A stretch of 64,000 nt of DNA from Callorhinchus milii (lineage: Eukaryota). The notes beneath the pieces were generated by a model that saw only the letters and a program-made list of their open reading frames with translations, was not told the DNA's origin and ran no database searches. Below are positions 1 through 13,429 of this stretch, one piece after another. Location of the stretch: positions 55,678,001 through 55,742,000 of the forward strand of contig NW_024704743.1 of the NCBI RefSeq assembly GCF_018977255.1, written 5' to 3'. Positions within the stretch are counted from its first letter, which is position 1. Every line of letters begins with the position of its first letter. The position numbers were made by a program, and so were the translations under genes.

Positions 1-312
1 CATTGGAAGTTCTGTCCTTCGGATGCAGCTTTAAACTGAGGTCCCATCTGCATGTTCAGGTAGATGTTAAAAATTCCACAGCTATCGTTAACAATTCGAA
101 AAGAGGAGTTTCTCCCAGTGTCCTGGCCAACAATCCCCCAAATAAAATGTACTTCAAATGTCATTTACTTTTATGGCTTCATGTTTGTGGGATATTGCTG
201 TGAACAACTGAGCTGCGGCGTATCACTAGAAATATAGTCACTGCACTTAACAATCAAATCCTGTGAAGCACTTTTGATACATCTTTCTGATACCAAGTGC
301 AAGCATTATCAT
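1..312 (+). mobile_element. Old DeuSINE-type SINE (SacSINE1/AmnSINE1-like), 5'-truncated by the window edge
   Basis: TAAACTGAGGTCCCATCTGCATGTTCAGGTAGATGTTAAA...TTTCTCCCAGTGTCCTGGCCAACAATCCCC...TGTTTGTGGGATATTGCTGTG, then a GTGAAGCACTTT...AAGCATTATCATT tail; matches other copies in the window. Confidence 0.8.
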
Positions 313-1349
313 TAAGACATTACTGCATCTTATTGATATTATCACAGTGTATCAATGTATTCCTGTCTTCTTGGAAACACCATGAGGGTCGGATAGAAGC
401 ACTGTCTTTTCCATGAGACTAGGTAGGAAGGGGTGTCAAACTGTGTGCATGATCTAAAATGACAGAGTTTTATTTAGCTGATGGATATGAGGAAATAACA
501 TGCTTTGTTTGCATTATTGGCTTGTAATTAAGCAAATACCACATCTGGCTATAAGCAGCAATCTGAGTGCAATGTCTGAAGTGTTTATGTAGCTTCGTTT
601 GATTATGAAGTTAAGTAGAAAACCATGGTGACATTGTTGCAGAATGTCAAACCTACGCAGTGTAAGGTAATTGGCCTTTATTCCAAAACAACATTCCTAA
701 CAGCAGTGATACTTGGGTTTGGCTGTTGCAAGTGGCTTTCTGGAAAAATTGCATATGGCTTCACCTTCGTATGATTTCATAAACGCATGGAAATGGCTCA
801 ATGACTTTATTGCATTAACATTCAGAACATTATGTTTATGAAAGGAGGTACTCGGGATTGATTGGTTTACCGTATATCCTGTTCAACACTAAAGCTTCTA
901 TTTGAGACAATATGCATTTTTAAAAAGAATTCCTGCGACTACGAAAGATAAAATAAACTTGGTGTATTTTTATTATGTATACAGGTTGGAGTCCAGGCAA
1001 TGAAATCAGATTTTCTTCATAAATCTGTAGTGGTAATATCACAATCATTGGTCATTTGCATCCCAACACATCTGATAGGAGCATGTTTCAACACTGACAG
1101 TAATATAAAATACAATAATATTCCCATATCAAAGAATAACATCATAATGTATTTTTTAATATACCGTATATAAAAAAAGTACCCAAGTTATAGCAATCTT
1201 TTCTAACTTACAGAACTCTTATTCCCACAAATTTATTTTCTGATAATTTTCTCCCCTTCTCCCATCTCCTCAGTTGGAGGTCTGTAACATTTTGTTCACA
1301 GTGTAGGTCCACAGATGTCTGACACACTCTTCCAAGTACAATATCTATT

Positions 1350-1540
1350 AGTCAGTGAGTGTTGGCAGACTGTTCTATATGTGTTTAGTGTGGTGGTGGG
1401 TGGGGGGGAGGAAACAGAGAGAGAAGAGTGCTTCCTGTCTCACCTGACATCCACATGTGTAATTTTCCCCAAGGGTCTCAGGATAATAATCATGATAATT
1501 TTTCTTCCTTCAGCCAGGGTAACTGGGGGCAATTGAAGGT
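1350..1540 (-). mobile_element. Fragment of the third ancient SINE family
   Basis: Reverse-complement similarity to 32530-32890 (GTGTGGATGTCAGGTGA motif). Confidence 0.5.
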
Positions 1541-1594
1541 CCGAACTAATGCTGAGTTTTATTTTAGAGCAATTGTTTTTATTAATAATTGTTA

Positions 1595-1880
1595 ATATTA
1601 ATAATTATTACATTTCAAAACATCAAAATGCTTCACAGAGGTTTGCTATAAAATGAAGTAATATTATATTTTGTAGGAGAATGCAGAAACCAAATGCACA
1701 TTCATGCCCCACAAACAGCAATGAAGTGAATGACCAATTGTTATCTGGGGGATTGTTGGCCAGGACGCTGGGTGAAATTCCATTCTCATTTCAAAGCATG
1801 CCAAGGGATCTTTACAACATCCACTTGAATGTTTCATTGAAGGACAACATCTCTGACAATGCAGCACACCCTCGGCACTC
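1595..1880 (-). mobile_element. Old DeuSINE-type SINE fragment
   Basis: CCCACAAACAGCAATGAAGTGAATGACCAATT...GGGGGATTGTTGGCCAGGAC is the reverse complement of the Deu domain. Confidence 0.75.
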
Positions 1881-4564
1881 CACAGAATTCTTAGCCCACA
1901 TTATTCTCATCAAATTTTTTCTCATCGCTTCTAAAGGTGTTTGACTCCTTTTTCTTTCAACTGGAGTATGGCTGTCTCCAAAGATGTTTCCAAAAATATC
2001 AGTCCTCTAGCAATTCTTCACGTGTGTTCACTGACCTTTAATATCGGGCGGGTTTATTCATCCATAACATCCAATATCTATAGACACAACTCGAGCATGA
2101 TCGGATAGTGATTCAGATGGAATACTAACTAAATTTTACCCTCTTACCCAGGGTGCTTAGGCCAGTGGTATTTGCCCAAATGACAACATTTACATGAGAG
2201 CCCTTCACGATGGATAATGTTTTGCATACTTTGCAAAGATAGGGTCAGATGCTGTGCAAGAGACAAAGGGACAGCAGAGGGGGAGGGGAGAGGGAATGTG
2301 CAGCAGACCCTAGTTAGCTGAGCAGAGGGGGCAAGCAGGAGAGTTAGTTAGTAGAAGTTCACAGAGATAGGGAACCAGAGATACGACTGCAGGATTTAAA
2401 ACTGTATGGCTGACCAACACAATGGATAATCTCACTGAGCTACTGGGAGTACTTCACGTGCTTCTGTTAAAAAAAGCAAAGAAATTGTCTTTAAAAACAG
2501 AATAATGGAATTGATATAATTGCTGATTACAATGACCATTGAATACATTTGATTTTATTTAGTAGGTATTAAAATCACAATTTGCATATTTTCTAATACT
2601 TTGCTTATTTAGTGAATTGCATATCATTTGTGTTCCCGGTATCTTCAGGCAGTGCTGAGGTATAAAGTGGAAACAAGTTGTAGGTTTCTAAGGTTGTGGT
2701 TAACACCAACCAGCATGTTGAAGTTGGTTGTATAATATTGTTACCCGCGGAAGTACCTTGTCCCCTCTGTTTGTGTAGCTGCAAACCTGGGCTAGTCAGG
2801 ATTAGTTCTGTAATGTGAACTGTCAATAAAAATCTCTTATTCTCAAATGAATAGACAGTGGGGAACTTCAATATTTTGCCTTAACTAGTATAGCTATGCC
2901 TGTTCCTTGAAGCAAAGCGGAAATTTGCCTTCATCATTCTATAAGAGCAGGTCAATTGTTCCATGACTGATTAAACTAGGAAGAATTCTACTTTGTAAAC
3001 AAAATCACACAACTTTGCAGAGTCAATATAAAAGCTTGCTCACCTCCCAGAAAGGATGCACACACAGTCGCTCAATAGATTTCATCTGAAAGGCAAATAG
3101 TTTCTTTGGTGAGAGAAAAAAAGCTGTCATTTGCTCGTACAGTTTGACTGAATAAATTGTAAAAAAGTAATCAGAATATCAGACTGGTTGGTACCATAAT
3201 CCCTCCTGAATTCTGATCTTGACACAGCACGACATGGAATGAGGAAAAACTTACTTGACCCTCTCATGTCTTGTCCTGACATTGCATTCACTAAGCGAGA
3301 GATATAGTAACATTGAATATAATATAATAATATTGCATAGAATTACATAGAAACTACAGCACCGAAACAGGTCATTTGGCTTAACTAATCCATATCGGTG
3401 TTTCTACTTTACCGAAATTTCAAACCATCCTAATTCCTCCCTCTCCTGCATCCCCAGCCTTACCCCCAAACCCCCCCAAATTCCAGTGGCCAAACTTTAT
3501 GGTCAGCCAAAACAAAATGTTCTTGATTGAGTATATTTCTTGATGTTAAGCATAAATCAATAAATATTCAACCAAGAAAAAACTGAAAACATATTCCGAT
3601 CAAACCGGAATTACTTATATTTACTCTAATGTTTCGGTGGGGGCGTGGGCCGCTTAATGGCCACTTCCGGCCCGTGGGCCACTATACTGCTGTATTCCGT
3701 TCTCCCTCATGTATCGAAATGACAATCTTTCAGTGCAAGTAGTAACACAAGTTTTGAACTGGGCATTTTTCGCAGAGCAGGAAATGCTGTAGTGTGCTGT
3801 AGAGATGTGGTTTGAAGGAGTGGCGCCATTGCTGGATTAGCGGGAGAGATTTTGCCTTGATTATATGTAGAGAATGCAATTAGTGCCACAAATGTCCTAT
3901 TGTGTTGCTGATTTAATCTGGGGCCAAAAATGTACTGATTACCAACCAACCCTATCCACTCTCTTAATGGTGGTTCAGAAAGTTCATCACTTTCTGAACC
4001 ACCAGGTGGTAAGCAACAATAAAGGATAAAATGGCCAGAGAGTGGCCTATCGTGATCTGGCTGTAATCCGGAGTTAGAGTTTTTTTTAAGCTGTAGACAC
4101 TTACGTGAGGACCTGAATTACAGTTTCTATCCAGTAGACCCATCAACATGATATTGGACATAGAACTCTCGAACAACAAGGCAGCTGGCGTGTCATGAGC
4201 TCGCCTGCAGAGATTTCTTCACTAGCCTGATGATTATCAAAAGAATGATGAGAAACCATGAATGATAGCTGCTGGAAGGCATTCCCTGGCACGTGGGTTT
4301 GTGAGCAGACGTTCTCTGATCTGGGTTCCGTGGCCACCTTGTGACAGAATGTGAACCAACTACTGCTGAAGCTTTTCATCTCCAACTGGTGGACTAACCA
4401 TTCAGTGAGTTTAGTGTGAAGTGTCAGTGTTTGGTGGCCTTGCACCTACACGTTTTATGTGAAACAAAGCCAGTCCATATTGCTCCAAACACTGTTTGAT
4501 TGATCAGCTTGCTTAGCTCATCAGTTGGCCAGATCAGTTAAATTCACAGATCCCCAGTTACACT

Positions 4565-4935
4565 CAAACTGAGCATTGGTCAGACCACATCTGGAATATT
4601 GCTTACATATTTACTCGTCTTGATATAGGGTAGGGGGCTGTCCATGCTCTAGAGGTGGTGTAGAGGAGAGCAACAAAGCTCTTTCCGAGTAATCTATGGA
4701 TTAATTAAAGGGAACAAATAGCTAAACAATGGCTCTTCAGCCTGGAAAAGAGACATTTCAAAGGAGACTTTAAATAAGTTATATAAGGTACTGAACCGGT
4801 TACGTCAAGTTAACCTGGAATGATATTTTCATATTGCCAAAACAATAGAATAAGAGGGCACAATCTTAGGGTTGTAAAGTACATGTTTAAGATAGACACG
4901 AGAAAGTATTTCTTTACATTGAAATAATGTTTAAT
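4565..4935 (+). mobile_element. Highly decayed CR1 LINE ORF2 3' fragment
   Basis: GCATTGGTCAGACCACATCTGGAATATTGC encodes the ALVRPHLEYC motif; downstream remnants are interrupted by stops. Confidence 0.7.
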
Positions 4936-5049
4936 AATCATTTAATGATGGGTGAAGGCAGTAGAGTAAAGTAGACTAGGACGGTTATTATGAATGAATG
5001 AGATTACATGGGCAGATAATCTAACCACTATTTTGGTTGCCATTTTCTC

Positions 5050-5122
5050 TCCCCCACCCCCTCCCTCATCCCCCTCCCTCACTGCCTCCCTCCTCCCCCC
5101 CTCCTACCTCCCTCCTTCTTCT
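5050..5122. repeat. Polypyrimidine (C/T-rich) low-complexity tract
   Basis: Runs of CCCC/CCTCC. Confidence 0.8.
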
Positions 5123-5191
5123 ATCCGGCCTGGGCTCCCAGTTATCTGCATAATACACGATGAAACATCCTCCCGATGTGAAAAGCAGATT

Positions 5192-5939
5192 AGTTTCTAA
5201 AGGCGGAGATACTAGATAGTGTTAGTGTTCAGAGGGATTTGGGTATCCTTGTACACCAGTCAGAAAAAGTTAGTTTGCAGGTACAGCAAGCAACTAGGAA
5301 GGCGTTTATTGCAAAAGGGTTAGAATACAAGAGTAGGCAAGTCTTGCTGCAACTGTATAAGGCCCTGGTGAGACTACACCTAAAATATTGTGTGCAGTTT
5401 TGGTCTCCTTATTTAAGAAAGGACATATTTGCCTTAGAGAGGGTGCACTGTAGATTTACAAGGTTAGTTCCTGGGATGAGGGGGTTGACTTATGAGGATA
5501 GGTTGAGTAAACTAGGCCTATATTCTCTAGAATATAGAAGAATTAAGGGTGATCTTATAGAAACATATAAGATTCTTATGGGGCTTGACAGAGTATACAG
5601 TGTGAGACTGTTTCCCCTGGTAGGAGAATCTAGAGCTCAGGGGTCACAGTCTTAAGATTAAGGGACAACCCTCACGAACAGAGTTGAGGAAACCCTTCTT
5701 CGCTCAAAAGTTAGTTAATTTATGGAATTCTCTACCACAGAAGGCTGTAGATGCTCAGTCCTTGAACATATTCAAGGCTGAGATTGATAGTTTCTGAAGG
5801 ATAGAAGGATGAAGTGATATGGGGTTAAGGTGGGCAGATGGAGTTAGGTTAGAAGATCAGCCGTGATCTTATTGAATGGCGGGGCAGGCTCGAGGGGCCG
5901 AATGGCCTACTCCTGCTCCTAATTCCTATGTTCCTATGT
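5192..5939 (+). mobile_element. CR1 LINE, 5'-truncated (ORF2 C-terminus plus 3' UTR)
   Basis: ORF 5239-5655 LQLYKALVRLHLKYCVQFWSPYLRKD...GLYSLEYRRIKGDLIETYKIL; tail GGCTCGAGGGGCCGAATGGCCTACTCCTGCTCCTAATTCCTATGTTCCTATGT. Confidence 0.95.
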
Positions 5940-5998
5940 ATCTTCTTCATTTGAACTTTCTTGTGAGCAGTGTTGTGTTTTGCTGTACATTACCAGAG

Positions 5999-6054
5999 AG
6001 TTAGCAGGACAGCAACTCCATCAATTTAGTTAGCAGGACAGCAACTCAATCAAT
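5999..6054. repeat. Tandem duplication of a ~29-bp unit
   Basis: AGTTAGCAGGACAGCAACTC(C/A)ATCAAT occurs twice in tandem. Confidence 0.9.
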
Positions 6055-7578
6055 CACCCCCAGCAATGCACTGGAGTGTCGCCCAAAATTGTGAGTTCTA
6101 AGTTATTTTGCCTAACCTAAAGCCTTTCCTGATGTGGAGATGGTCATTGAACTGGCTCGTGTGCTTGCCTGTGACAATTTGTTTTGCCACTGATACCTAA
6201 TCAGCAACAGAAAGTATTAGAAGGCAGAGCAGCAAGTCACAGCTCGCCTGAAGGCTTGTGCACCTGATTAAACATATGTTAGTGAAGGCAAATCATTTGC
6301 CTGATGCACAGAGTTTAATCACTGTTGTAATTCTCTGTTTGGAGTAGGATCATTTCAGAAAACTGGCACCCACAAAAGTTGTGGATCCCACACCTATGCC
6401 AGGAGGCGCTTGAAAAATTGAGCAAAAGCCTCATCCAATCTTGTCATCCACAGAATGGTGCCTGAGGCTTGGGTGTTTGCAGCCAGAACTTAAATCACAT
6501 TGGAACATTTTCAGAGGTACACATACTCCACAAGTGAGCATTTTGAGACAGTCATCATCTGTGAAAAGTGCTGTATAAGGGCTTGTTGTTGCTTACACTG
6601 CTGCAAAATTATATGGTTCCAAGGTTATATGCGTGTATTCAAAACTCAGACACCAGTAGACACCTACTTAATTGCTATGAAAGAGGAAAAAAGATTTGGA
6701 GTGAGTGAATAAGACAATACAATAAATACTGTGGTATATAACCTATTGAGCTTCATCGCAGGTGACATGTAGATGTTCTAAGTTTAGAAATGTTTTATAA
6801 AACATAAAATCTTGGAATAAGACACAGGAATGTCAATTATTTGGATCTTAAGTATTGAATGCAGTCTGGAGTCAGTCATTGAAGAAGTGGGATTGTGTTA
6901 GATGCTGGATCATGGTAGTAAATTGAAATAAGAGCTGGGAGGTGGCTAAGGGAAGGAAACTAAGAAATCAGCAGAGGAAAAAGGAACAGCTATCAATGAG
7001 AGAGTACTTCCGTGGTGGGGAAGTGGGGGTGCGAAGGAAATATGAGGATTGGTTTCCCTGAATTTATTGTATTCAGTGTATTCTTGTTAAGAGGACCTTT
7101 GAGAGGGGAAAGAGCAGCACCCAAGCTTTCTTCTTGCTACAGTGCAATCTTGTTATAACATGGTGTTTGAGATCAATACATTTCCACTCTATGTTATATC
7201 GAGGCATAATAACAGGATTAACAGGAACAAGTCAGACAGTTCCCAGGGTAAAACAACTTCCAAGCGGATCAGATCAATCTCATTTTCGTTTCTGTACTTG
7301 TGCAAAGCAGGGTGTTATGTTAGCAGTCATACGATGACCTTTACTTCAGACAATTTTTTAAGCTAAAATGGTTGACTTCCAGTTCATTATGTTGGCACTG
7401 TTGTCACTTCCTGTTTTGGACACATGGATTAACCTTGGGGGAATCTAGTGAATATTACAATATTTTTGGGTCTAGAGAACCTTCAGCACATTCAATCTCA
7501 TTCCTCCAGAATAATGCACATAATTCTGTCCAGTTGGGTTGTCTTCCAGCATATCTGGATCAACCTAGTCTGCCCCCA

Positions 7579-7880
7579 TATAATAATAATAATCCTTGCA
7601 TTTAATACAGCTCTTTTCATGTCTACTAGATGTCTCAAAGCTCTTCACAGAATATACTGTAAAGTGAATTGATTGTATATTGGTGGGCGAAACGTGGCAG
7701 CCAATTGCGCACAGCAGTGTCCCACAAACAGTTGTGGATTGAAGTGACCAATTTTATTTTTTTTTCTTGAGGAATTATTATCAGGTATGTAGAGTAAGGA
7801 AAGTTGCCCAAGATTTCTCCCTGCCGGGAATTGAACCCAGGTCTCTCGCTTGTGAGGCTAACTACTGAGCTACAGGACTC
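7579..7880 (-). mobile_element. Young tRNA-derived SINE, short form
   Basis: Reverse complement of the GAGTCCTGTAGCTCAG head, the Deu-like core and the (ATT)n tail. Confidence 0.9.
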
Positions 7881-8109
7881 AGGACATATACCTGAAATGC
7901 AATGACAGTTAGCATTCAAAAAAGCTGATCTAAGAAAATTAAGGATGGAATGGAAAGGATGGAAAAAGGAGTCTCCCTACAACATACACATTGATGACAC
8001 TTTAAAGTGAATCCTGTGAATTACTTTGAAATGCAGTGGGGAGCTTGCCAGCCAGTGTTTTTAATGGCAAGCGGTGCAGTTTTAGTTGATTAAACTAAAG
8101 CAAATAACC

Positions 8110-8274
8110 CAACGCACAGTTTGGGGCCCCAAACTTTGTCTAATTCTCTGTGGAATTAGGTGAGCTGGGTGCATCCCTCCAGGGATAGAGTGCACATTCC
8201 CTTCCAGATTTCCACATGTACATGGATCTGGGTCTGCTTAGTGATGGATTTCTTCATGTATCAGATACCCAGCT
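8110..8274 (+). repeat. Unclassified repeat family U, fragment
   Basis: GCATCCCTCCAGGGATAGAGTGCACATTCC...CATGTATCAGATACCCAGCT matches the reverse complement of 46665-46890. Confidence 0.7.
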
Positions 8275-9564
8275 CTTTTACAATGAACAGTGAACAAAAG
8301 TGCTCTATAATACAGCTACAACAAGAGAAGAACTGAGTGGCACAGCCTCACATGGAGCCATTGTGTGTGACATCTTGTTGTGTGGGACAAGTGTATTATA
8401 TTATATATGGTCTATTATATATGGTGTATTGTATTAGATTAGCGTGGCAAGTAAGAGAGGTTCATATGAAACATCAGTGCAAGGCAGATTTCCCACAAAC
8501 TGAATGGGGAAAAAAGTGAGTAGTATCAGTCACGTAAGACTGTGTACCTTCAACTGCATCCTGCCCTTTCATTTACGTCAACTATACTTTTTGTTTTAAA
8601 AAAATACATAATGTAATAAAGATTAACAAATGCCTGGCAGTGAGTTTAAGAGGCAATTTAATCTACAGATTCGGCTGATGTTCATCAACCTACTGGAGCC
8701 TCGGATTTATGGTTTATGATTTCATTAGATCCGCTTGATTGAATTACTGCTTTGTAGCTCCCTGCCAGACATCCATTGCTCAACATGTATTTTCCTCTGC
8801 TAATACTGCACTTCCTTTGCAGTTAATTTAATGTTGCTTTTAAACTATTGTACAGTAAGTAATTTTTATGAGCAGACTTGTGTGTTGAGCAACTCTAAAG
8901 TGTTACCCAAGGAGGTTGAATAATGAGGCACTGGAGCCATTGCCATCCTGTGGAAGGAACATTTACAGTCAGGCCTCCCAGGAGATCACATCATTAGAAA
9001 ACTTAACATGAGTCCGGAGGCAACAAATATCAGATCGCATGTTAGGAGGCTGTAACGTACATTACTTTTTTTGTCAAGGAGTAGATTCAATGTGAGTAAA
9101 CCCCCAGTAGTCATATCCTATGTTCTGTTTTCAATCTGAACAGATATCTTGTACCAACATAAGAGAATTGTGGCATGATAGATCATATAGCATGCTCTTA
9201 TAATTGTAGAGTAATTAGGTGTTGTAGTACATGCAGATAAAGATACTTTATTCTAAGTGAGTACAATTGAATTTATAATTATTACCTTTTTTGGTTTGCT
9301 CTCGGTGGTTAAGACGGTTGCAGGAATCTGTATTCTATAATCCCTGAAGTATCGCTTGTTTTCAAAAATGGAGTTATGATCATTCATAATAATAATAGCA
9401 ATCCTTGCATTTGGTAGAGCACCTTATCACGTCACTGTTTCCCGATTTACTGTAAGGTGTAGTGACTTTGTATTTGTAGGCAATGTTCTGGTAATGTGGT
9501 TGTCATGGAATGGGCTGATGGAAAACCACATTTGCAGATATTGATCCATGTTTATAGCTGAGGT

Positions 9565-9752
9565 AATAATAATAATAATAATCCTTGTGGTTGATATAGC
9601 ACCTTATTATGTCGTTGAGATGTCTCAAAGGACTTCACAGAATATACTGTAAACTAGATTGATTGTATTTTGTGGGCAAATCACAGCAGCCAATTGCACA
9701 GAGCAGTGTCCCACTGGATTGAATGAACAATTTTTTTTGAGGGGATTATTAC
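9565..9752 (-). mobile_element. SINE 3' half (young family)
   Basis: (AAT)n-ATCCTTG tail plus the Deu-like core on the minus strand. Confidence 0.8.
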
Positions 9753-10974
9753 CACCTCAAAGCTCCACCAATCAATTAAAATTGTAGGTGAGTGTTGACA
9801 ATTCTGGGTGAACTTAAAATGCAAGGCCAAAAAGTGGTCCTAAAGGCTGAGACTAGTTGGAATTTCAGGCCTTTTGAAAAGGCTATGACACTGCACACAC
9901 ACACACACGTGCATGCACACTCTCCCAAAAATTACAACACCCAACAGCCTTTCAGAACAATCCCTCAACTGAGAAATGGACACTCTCTGTCTCTCTCGTG
10001 TTCACATAAGGCGAAAAGAAGCACCTTGGTAATAAATTGACAATTCATCAACAGAAACCTTTCAGAGCAGCAGCTGAGTTGATGTATATTGTGAGTTCTA
10101 ATGTTATGGAGAAATTTATACTGTTTGACGGAATAGAAAGTAAGAACAACAACAACAAAATTACATTTTTATAGCGCCTTTCACGTCAGGAGGACGACCC
10201 AAGGCGCTGGAAGATCACAAAGTCAGTGAAGGAAATCATGGCAATATTTGCACTCCATTCAAAAAGTACGCAATCACTGCACTTTACACTATATACTGTA
10301 AAGCACTTTGGGACGTCCACCCGACTTGAAAGGCACTACACCAAATGTAAGTATTATTATTATTATTAATATTATATATCATCAGGTGAAATTGTATTGT
10401 ATTTGCTTCACACCTACTTTGAATTTGGAAACCCAAATATTTTATAAGAAAGGGTAAATTTGTCACCTCCCTGATCCAAAAGATAGCGACTGCAATTTAA
10501 CATTAAGCACTCAAAAAGAATAAGTTTGCCTGAACAGTTAATAATCTTTCTCAAGATGGTTTGACGTGATGTTGGACAGCATCCCAATCAGCTCAGTTAT
10601 TCATGACAACACTTTGATTTTCAATTTTCCAAGATCTGTTTTTCAAAGAGGACAATTATTGGAAAACATGTTCCTTGTAAGGCTTAACTTCTTAATTGTT
10701 CTCTTTTTAAATAAATAGCTACAGTTTACAACAATTAGCTTGTCACGGTGAAATTGCTATGCAATAGGAACCTTGACATAACTTTGTTGGATTTTGTCGA
10801 ACGATCCAAACACAGCACATTGCTGAGATCAAGGGAGCACTGCAATTAATCCGCCACTCAATGGCCAGTTATACATTAAATAGCACACAATAGCAAATGT
10901 AAAATACCAGCACAGTTATGGATTTACATCGTCAATCTCAGGTCAATGCCTCTTTACAGGAGCATTGTGAAACC

Positions 10975-11320
10975 ACATCCAGGGGAGGGAAGGGAGGGAG
11001 CGAGGAGGGGGTAGAGAGTCGAGAGGGGAGCTGAAGGCACGGTCAAAGAGAAAGGTCTTGAGACCGGCCTTGAAGGAGGAAAGGGAGGAAGCAAGGCGAA
11101 GGCACTGGGGGATAGAGTTCCAGAGCCTCGGGGCTGAGAGGCTGAAGGCCCGGCCGCCGATGGTAGGGCGGTTAGGGCGGGGCATGTGGAGCAGACCGGA
11201 GCCAGAGGAACGGGCAGGTAAGTAGGGGAGGTGAGGATGAGGATCTTGAATTCGATCCTCTGGGGGATGGGGAGCCAGTGGAGGCGAGCGAGTGTGGGAG
11301 TGATGTGGTCGCGTAGCCTG
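10975..11320 (-). mobile_element. L2 LINE ORF2 C-terminal fragment
   Basis: Minus-strand translation GGRAFSLSAPRLWNSIPQCLRLASSLSSFKAGLKTFLFDRAF. Confidence 0.9.
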
Positions 11321-11499
11321 GTGGTAAGAGGAGCTTACAGCCAAGCCTCACCCGGCTGTCACAGAAGTACACAATCATCAGAGGGTGCTGAAGGGCGCAG
11401 TATAAGTACAAGTTGATAAGACGGAAGCCATACTCTTTGGCTCTCGTCAATGTCTAAAATGTCTAAAATCTCACGGTTCTCACCTACCCAACCTCCCCC

Positions 11500-12236
11500 T
11501 AAAACTCTCCGAACCCGTACACAAGCTAGGCGTTAGGTTCGACCCCCAATTATCCTTCCTCTCCCACATCCAGTCCCTCACCAGCGCCGCTTTCTTTCAC
11601 CTCTGATGCATCGCCCGTCTCCGCCAATACCTCTCTCCAAAAGCCGCTGAAACCCTGGTCCATGCCTTTGTCACCTCTCGGCTGGACTACTCTAAAGCCC
11701 TCTTCGCTGGTCTCCCCTCCACTACCATCCATAAAATCCAAATCATTCAAAACTCTGCCGCCCGCATTCTCACCCGCACGAAACTCCGATCCCCGATCCC
11801 CCCAGTCCTTGCCAGACTGCACTGGCTGCCTGTCCCAGAGAGGATCGACTTCAAGATCCTCACCCTTGTCTTCAAATCCCTCCACTCCTCTGCATCCCCC
11901 ACTACCTCTCTGATCTCCTCTCTCCTCAAAACAGTGTCCGTTGCCTTCGTTCTTCCAGGTCTGGCCTCCTCCTTGTCCACCGAGTCCTCCGCTCCACCCT
12001 CGGCGGCCGTGCCTTCAGCCACTATGCCCCGAGGCTCTGGAACTCCCTTCCTCACTCCCTTTGCCTCGCCACCTCTCTTCCCATTTTCAGCTCTCTGCTG
12101 AAGACCCTTCTTTTCGACCGCGCCTTTGGTAACCTTCCTCCCCATTCCCCTGGCTCGGCCCCATTACAGTGAAGTGCTTTGAGATGCTGTCCGGGGTGGA
12201 GGGCACTTTATAAATCCAAGTTGTTGTTGTTGTTGA
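11500..12236 (+). mobile_element. L2 LINE 3' fragment with (GTT)n tail
   Basis: Encodes LVHAFVTSRLDYS...QNSAARILT...LHWLPV...LWNSLP with frameshifts; ends in AAATCCAAG(TTG)n. Confidence 0.9.
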
Positions 12237-12237
12237 A

Positions 12238-12400
12238 GAGGGATCAGGATAAGTAATTCCAACTAGTTTTACTCTCCCTAAACCTGGAAAGGCCAAATTT
12301 AACCGCTCCATTCAGCCCTGACTGAGACTAGAAAACTCAGCAAGGACCAGGATTCAAACCAATGAGCTCCTGGTCCCTAAACTGCAACGTTTATCCATCA
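12238..12400 (-). mobile_element. Fragment of the third ancient SINE family
   Basis: AACTCAGCAAGGACCAGGATTCAAACC is the reverse complement of the B-box/GTGCTGAGTT segment seen at 46215-46245. Confidence 0.5.
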
Positions 12401-13429
12401 CCATTGAGGCTGTCCCTGCCCTTGCATTTTCAATGTAAGCAAAGCAGTAATAATCCCCTCAGATATTCAATTACATTAAAGCTGTAACTGACATTTGCGC
12501 CCAATTAGCAGAGTCTAGTATTTAAGAATATTTGTCATGTTCTATTTTGCCCCAAGAAAAAAAAAGAACTTTTTTTTTAGTGCCTCATCATGTCAAACAT
12601 TTCTAAAAGCATCCCACAGGTAATTACTATCATGTGTAGTGACCATTTTTAGACACACCACAGCAGCCATTTGTACCAGCAAAGTCACAAGGTCCCACAC
12701 ATAGCCTTTGTAATTGCAGTGTAAGTGGCGCACAAAAGAACATATCTCGTGCATTAATACCTTGTTCTGCTTATATTTCCCCAGCATTCCTCTTGTGGAT
12801 TTATATTCATCAACACTGTGTTCCATCATTTCACCAAAAGAGGTTTATCTCAGTCTCCCATTAACAGACATGTCATAACACAAATGCTTATCGGATTCTA
12901 CAATAGCTTAAGAGTGTGTTTTGATCTCAGTGAAGGCTCTTATAGCTTCTCAATAGAACTAGGGCTGGGCTCTGTATTCATATTTTTCCTCAAGCGATGC
13001 TTACACTATTAGTGGAGGTGAAGCCTGGCAAACAGTATGCTATAACCTGGCCAATAATTCCCCAGGTAAAATTGTTCATCCACATTAGGGTTGTTTATGG
13101 AACATTGCTGTGTGCAAATTAACTGTTGCATTCACCTCGTCTCTTTCTTACCATTGCAGTCTTTTTGACGATTCCTGGTTACAGACACCCTTTTTTAGTC
13201 CTTGAGAACCGAATAACCATTGGAACTTTGAACCCGCTTTTTAATGATTTAAAATGTTACAGAATAACTAATAACAGTAAAATTGAACATTACATGTTAT
13301 AACTTTGGAAAGCCACCACATGGGTCACGTGGTCTTGATTTCCACGTGCACTGCACATTTCTAATTGTACTTTTGTTTTGTCTCTTTATGAACAACTAGC
13401 TGTACCTGTTGCAGCTCTGCTTGCAACCA

